This document shows positions 60,156 to 64,000 of a stretch of DNA of 64,000 nt, piece by piece. Each line of letters opens with the position of its first letter. Positions within the stretch are counted from its first letter, which is position 1. The translations under genes and the position numbers were made by a program. The notes below the pieces were generated by a model that was not told the origin of the DNA, searched no databases, and saw nothing but the letters and a program-made list of their open reading frames with translations. This DNA is from Candidatus Krumholzibacteriota bacterium (GTDB taxonomy: Bacteria; Krumholzibacteriota; Krumholzibacteriia; JAJRXK01): contig CAVXTH010000004.1 of NCBI GenBank assembly GCA_963764625.1, positions 1 through 64,000 on the forward strand. The letters run 5' to 3'.

Positions 60156-62975
60156 ATGAAATACTACGAACGCTCGAAGCTCGTGCGCAGCGTCCTCATC
60201 GTGCTGGGATGCACGGCATTGCTGGCATCGGGCCGTCGTCGGCCCATGCCGACTCCGGGAGATCTCGACCCCTCGTTCGGGGGCTTCAGCTACGACGGCG
60301 TGGCGACCCAGTACGGCTATCCGATGGATGGCGGGGAACGCGGCATGGCGATCCAGCCGGACGGCAAGATCGTCATGGCTGGATACACCTCGCTGGGAAT
60401 CCTCGTCATGCGCTATCTTCCAGACGGCACTCCCGATCCTACGTTCGGCGGTGGGGAGGGCGCGGTGGCCCTCCTACATCCGAGCGTGGTGACCAGGGCG
60501 ACGGACGTAGCGATCCAGGCCGATGGGAGGATCGTCGTGGCCGGATGGGCCGACACGGGACCGGCCGACTATATGCTGGCCCGTCTCACCCCGAGCGGCT
60601 ATCTCGATCCCTCGTTCGGCTCGGGCGGCTGGGTCCTCACCGACTTCTCGGACGACACCGATCAGGCGTACAGCGTCGTCATCCAGAGCGACGGCAAGAT
60701 CATCGCCGCCGGCCGCTCGCTCATCGGCAATGACTACGATTTCTCCGCCGCCCGTTACAACCCGAACGGAACTCTGGACATGAGTTTCGGCGGTGACGGG
60801 CTCGTCACGGTCGGGTTCGGCAAGCTCGGACCCGACAACAACGAAGCCTGCTACGACATCGCTCTCGACAGCAGCGGTCGGCTAGTGATGGTCGGCGGCG
60901 GCACCGATGTCTGGACGACGGGCACGTTCGATATCGCCCGCCTGACGACGAGCGGCTCGTTGGATGTCACGTTCAACACGATCGGCAGGAAGCACTGGGA
61001 CGTCGGACCGGACAACACGCAGGCGTCGGCCGTCGCCATCGCGCCGGACGGCAAGATCGTCGTCGCAGGGTCGCAGGTTTACTTCAATTCGTCGCAGAGC
61101 GGCGAAGCCTATGCCGCTCGCTTCCTTCCGAACGGTGACTTCGACAACTCGTTCGACGACGACGGCAAGCTCAAGGTCTCGGACAACTACTTCATCAGGG
61201 ACGTCGTCGTGCAACCTGACGGCAGAATCTTACTGCTGGGCGACGCCGCGTTCTCGGCGAGTCAGTGCTCTGCGCTGTTCATGCGCCTCGCGCTGGACGG
61301 ATCGCGCGATCCGACGTTCAGTGACAACGGCACGTACTACTCCGCAGAGAGCGGCTACTGCAAGGGCTATGACCTCGCCCTTTTGCCCGACGGCCGCCTG
61401 CTTGCCTACGGCGCGAAGGACCAGAACCATCTGCTCGTTCAGCTCTGGCCCGACGGCACGCTCGATGTGGCCGGCAAGCAGGCGATCGGCTTTGATACGC
61501 CCGGATTCGGAGCCGGCACGTACTCGATCGGCTACGGCATGGCCATTCAACCGGACGAGAAGATCATCGTCGCGGGAACCGTCTATGGCCCTGCGGGGGA
61601 CGCCGATTTCGGTCTGGCGCGCGTCTTTTCAACCGGGAGGATTGACGACACCTTCGGCACCTACGGACGCGCCACGTTTGCATTCGACGAGGACGACCTC
61701 GGTACCTGCGTCGCCTTGCAAAGCGACGGCAAGATCATCATGGCCGGCGACACCCAAAACGGTTCGGATCGCGACTTCATGGTCGTGCGCTTCAACCCCG
61801 ACGGCAGCGTCGACGGATCGTTCGGATTTCTCGGCTTCTCTGTACTCGACTTCCTGGGCGGAGACGACTACGGCCGCGCGATTGCCATCGCGCCGGACGG
61901 GAAGATCGTCGTCGTCGGAACGGTTTTCAACGGCGCCCGCAACGTCTTTGGGGTGGCTCGCTTCAACAGCAACGGCACGCCCGACACCTCCTTCGACATC
62001 GATGGCAAGCAACTGGTCGAATTCGCAGTCGGACCGACCCATTGGGCGTCCAGCGTCGCCGTCCTTCCCGACAACCGGATCCTCGTCGGCGGCAGCGTCG
62101 GCGGCGACTTCGCTCTGGCACGCTTAAACGTGGACGGCAGCCTCGATACAACCTTCGGCAGCGCGTTCGGCGGATCTGGTAGGCGCACCTATGATTTCGG
62201 CGGCAATGACTACTTGAACGCACTCAAGCTGAGTTCGGGCGGCGCGATCTATGCGGCCGGCAGCAGTGAGATCGCTGGTCACACCGTCTTCGCGATGCTG
62301 CAGTTGCCCTCGCACGGCGGGCCGCCGACCTGCTTCCCCACTCCCTGCCCTTGGCCGAGTGGACAGGCGACCGTCGACTGGGGCGCGAGCGTGAATGGCG
62401 CAGCCTATGCGATCGACCTGAGTGACGATGGCCAGGTGTTGGTGGGCGGAATCGCGGGCGGAAAGATGGCGTGGGCCCAGGTTCCCGCATCGTCGACGCC
62501 GATGCCGATCCTGGGCATGGCCGATTTCCCGGGCGCCAGTGACACCGCCACCGGCATCAGCTTCACCAGCTTGGGCAAACTCGTCGCGTCTGGCTACTAC
62601 GATCAGAACGGAGTCAAAGCCCTGGCGCTGGCGAGCTTCGAGACGACCTTTAACGCGGTTAGCGTCCCTGACGATGGCACGACTCGGGCCTCGACGCAGG
62701 TGCGCTTCCTCTCCGCCTACCCCAATCCCGCGTCGGGTCGAACCCTGTTCGACTTCGAGCTCCCGAGCTCCGGCACCACGCGCGTCTCGGTCTACGATCT
62801 GGCCGGTCGACGCGTTCGGGTGCTTGCCAACGAGCCTCTCGCCGCCGGGAGACACGAGCTGGCATGGGACACGAACGACAGCCACGGGCGACCGGTGGCG
62901 GCGGGGATCTACCTGGCGCGCGTGGAGTTCGGGACCTTCCACGCGCAGAAGAAGATCATCGTATTCAGTCGCTGA
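60156..62975 (+). CDS. Delta-60 repeat (DUF5122) beta-propeller protein with FlgD-Ig/T9SS-like CTD
   Basis: Many 'QPDGKIVVAG' and 'AR...DG.LD.SFG' repeats; C-terminal 'AYPNP...VYDLAGRRVR...W......G.PVAAGIY'. Confidence 0.9.
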   Translation: MKYYERSKLVRSVLIVLGCTALLASGRRRPMPTPGDLDPSFGGFSYDGVATQYGYPMDGGERGMAIQPDGKIVMAGYTSLGILVMRYLPDGTPDPTFGGGEGAVALLHPSVVTRATDVAIQADGRIVVAGWADTGPADYMLARLTPSGYLDPSFGSGGWVLTDFSDDTDQAYSVVIQSDGKIIAAGRSLIGNDYDFSAARYNPNGTLDMSFGGDGLVTVGFGKLGPDNNEACYDIALDSSGRLVMVGGGTDVWTTGTFDIARLTTSGSLDVTFNTIGRKHWDVGPDNTQASAVAIAPDGKIVVAGSQVYFNSSQSGEAYAARFLPNGDFDNSFDDDGKLKVSDNYFIRDVVVQPDGRILLLGDAAFSASQCSALFMRLALDGSRDPTFSDNGTYYSAESGYCKGYDLALLPDGRLLAYGAKDQNHLLVQLWPDGTLDVAGKQAIGFDTPGFGAGTYSIGYGMAIQPDEKIIVAGTVYGPAGDADFGLARVFSTGRIDDTFGTYGRATFAFDEDDLGTCVALQSDGKIIMAGDTQNGSDRDFMVVRFNPDGSVDGSFGFLGFSVLDFLGGDDYGRAIAIAPDGKIVVVGTVFNGARNVFGVARFNSNGTPDTSFDIDGKQLVEFAVGPTHWASSVAVLPDNRILVGGSVGGDFALARLNVDGSLDTTFGSAFGGSGRRTYDFGGNDYLNALKLSSGGAIYAAGSSEIAGHTVFAMLQLPSHGGPPTCFPTPCPWPSGQATVDWGASVNGAAYAIDLSDDGQVLVGGIAGGKMAWAQVPASSTPMPILGMADFPGASDTATGISFTSLGKLVASGYYDQNGVKALALASFETTFNAVSVPDDGTTRASTQVRFLSAYPNPASGRTLFDFELPSSGTTRVSVYDLAGRRVRVLANEPLAAGRHELAWDTNDSHGRPVAAGIYLARVEFGTFHAQKKIIVFSR

Positions 62976-63089
62976 GCTGGTGACGTGAAACGGTCCCAGC
63001 CGGCGACTCGTCCGGGGGGATCCCTCGCGCGCCCCATGTCGGTGCCGCTGTGCTATATTTAGCCTCCCCCAATGCGGCGGAGGCGCCCC

Positions 63090-63713
63090 ATGTCCCACGC
63101 GGCTTCCGGGGAGGGACCGGGTAATCGTGATCCGGTCCCCTCCCAGCGAACCGCCATCACGATCGAGCTTCTGGATCGCGCCAAGCAGGGCGATGCGGAG
63201 GCCCTCTCGCAGATCATGGAGAGGTACGCTCCCCGTCTGCAACGCTGGGCCACCGCGCGGCTTCCCCGGTATGCGCGCTCGATGTTCGACACTTCCGATC
63301 TCGTTCAGGACTCCCTCGCGCGGACCCTGCAGGGCTTGGACCGGGTCGAGGTTCGCGGCCCCGGCGGCTTCGAGGCCTACGTGCGGCAGGCCATCCTCAA
63401 CGGCATCAAGGATCAGATCCGGCGCGCGCGCGTCCGCGGCAACCCTGAGAACATCTCCGACGCGATGGTCCATTCCGCACCGTCTCCCCTGGAGGAGGCC
63501 ATCGGCTTCGACCTGCTCGAGCGCTTCGAGCGGGGCATGTCCGCCCTTGGTCCCGAGGATCGCCGGCTCCTGCACCTGCGCATCGAACTCGACTTCGACT
63601 TCGACGAGATCGCCGCGGCCACGGGACGACCGAGCCGCGACGCAGCTCGCATGGCCCTCCAACGCGCGCTTGCGCGGCTGTCGAAGGTAATGGGACATGA
63701 CCGACGACCGTAA
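63090..63713 (+). CDS. ECF sigma factor, Ser/Thr-kinase-associated type
   Basis: 'LL.RA..GD.EAL'; region 2 'DTSDLVQD'; region 4 'FDEIA...G....AARM...RAL.RL'; overlaps the downstream kinase; RBS ggagg. Confidence 0.88.
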   Translation: MSHAASGEGPGNRDPVPSQRTAITIELLDRAKQGDAEALSQIMERYAPRLQRWATARLPRYARSMFDTSDLVQDSLARTLQGLDRVEVRGPGGFEAYVRQAILNGIKDQIRRARVRGNPENISDAMVHSAPSPLEEAIGFDLLERFERGMSALGPEDRRLLHLRIELDFDFDEIAAATGRPSRDAARMALQRALARLSKVMGHDRRP

Positions 63714-64000
63714 GATCGAGGAACTGATCGCCAAGATGACACGCGGAGAGCCGATCGACTGGGATGCGGCGTGGAACCGCGCTACGACCGACGAGGGACG
63801 CGCCCGTCTGGAAGCGCTGCGCGGGATCGACCAGATCGCGGCTTTCAACCATGCCGAGTGGGAGCGCTTCGCGCCGCTGCTCGCACACCTGCGCGAGATG
63901 GAATCGGACGGGCCAGCGCCCGAATCCCCCACCCCCCCGCTTGCCGGCGCCACCATCGGTGCCTACACGCTGGAGTCCCCGCTGGGCGTGGGAGGCATGG
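63697..64000 (+). CDS. Ser/Thr protein kinase, N-terminal part (runs off window)
   Basis: MTDDRKIEELIAKMTRGEPIDW...IGAYTLESPLGVGGM, the start of the kinase Gly-rich loop. Confidence 0.8.
   Translation, partial: MTDDRKIEELIAKMTRGEPIDWDAAWNRATTDEGRARLEALRGIDQIAAFNHAEWERFAPLLAHLREMESDGPAPESPTPPLAGATIGAYTLESPLGVGGM

Overview
GC-rich bacterial accessory region with no rRNA, tRNA or CRISPR detected. It has many eukaryote-like Ser/Thr kinase genes: three near-complete, one deleted pseudogene, one 70-bp relic and one truncated by the window end. Five secreted proteins end in a FlgD-Ig/T9SS type-A-like C-terminal domain, which suggests an FCB-group lineage such as Krumholzibacteriota, Eisenbacteria or Latescibacterota (inference only). 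Main highlights: (1) a ~15-kb operon (44.5-59.6 kb) encoding a ~2,200-aa repeat protein with a CTD, a PorV-like barrel, a ~1,000-aa TPR protein, ExbB, two ExbD (one with Asn in place of the essential Asp), TonB and an Ig+OmpA-like protein, a candidate TonB-energised T9SS-like export system; (2) glutamate dehydrogenase followed by two dikinase-like ATP-grasp proteins, one with sensory and nucleotidyltransferase domains, facing a metallophosphoesterase; (3) a family of 100-200-bp miniature IS relics with TGT...ACA ends sitting at junctions between unrelated gene modules; (4) an apparently circularly permuted blue-copper cupredoxin; (5) a twice-repeated divergent promoter motif (GTGTAAGAA-N15-CACTCAC) next to an ECF sigma/anti-sigma pair; (6) a Fur-box promoter driving an outer-membrane barrel plus a monoheme cytochrome c. 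The 46-59.5 kb stretch has many frameshifts, probably long-read errors, so gene boundaries there are reconstructed by eye. All family assignments come from motif recognition, not database searches.
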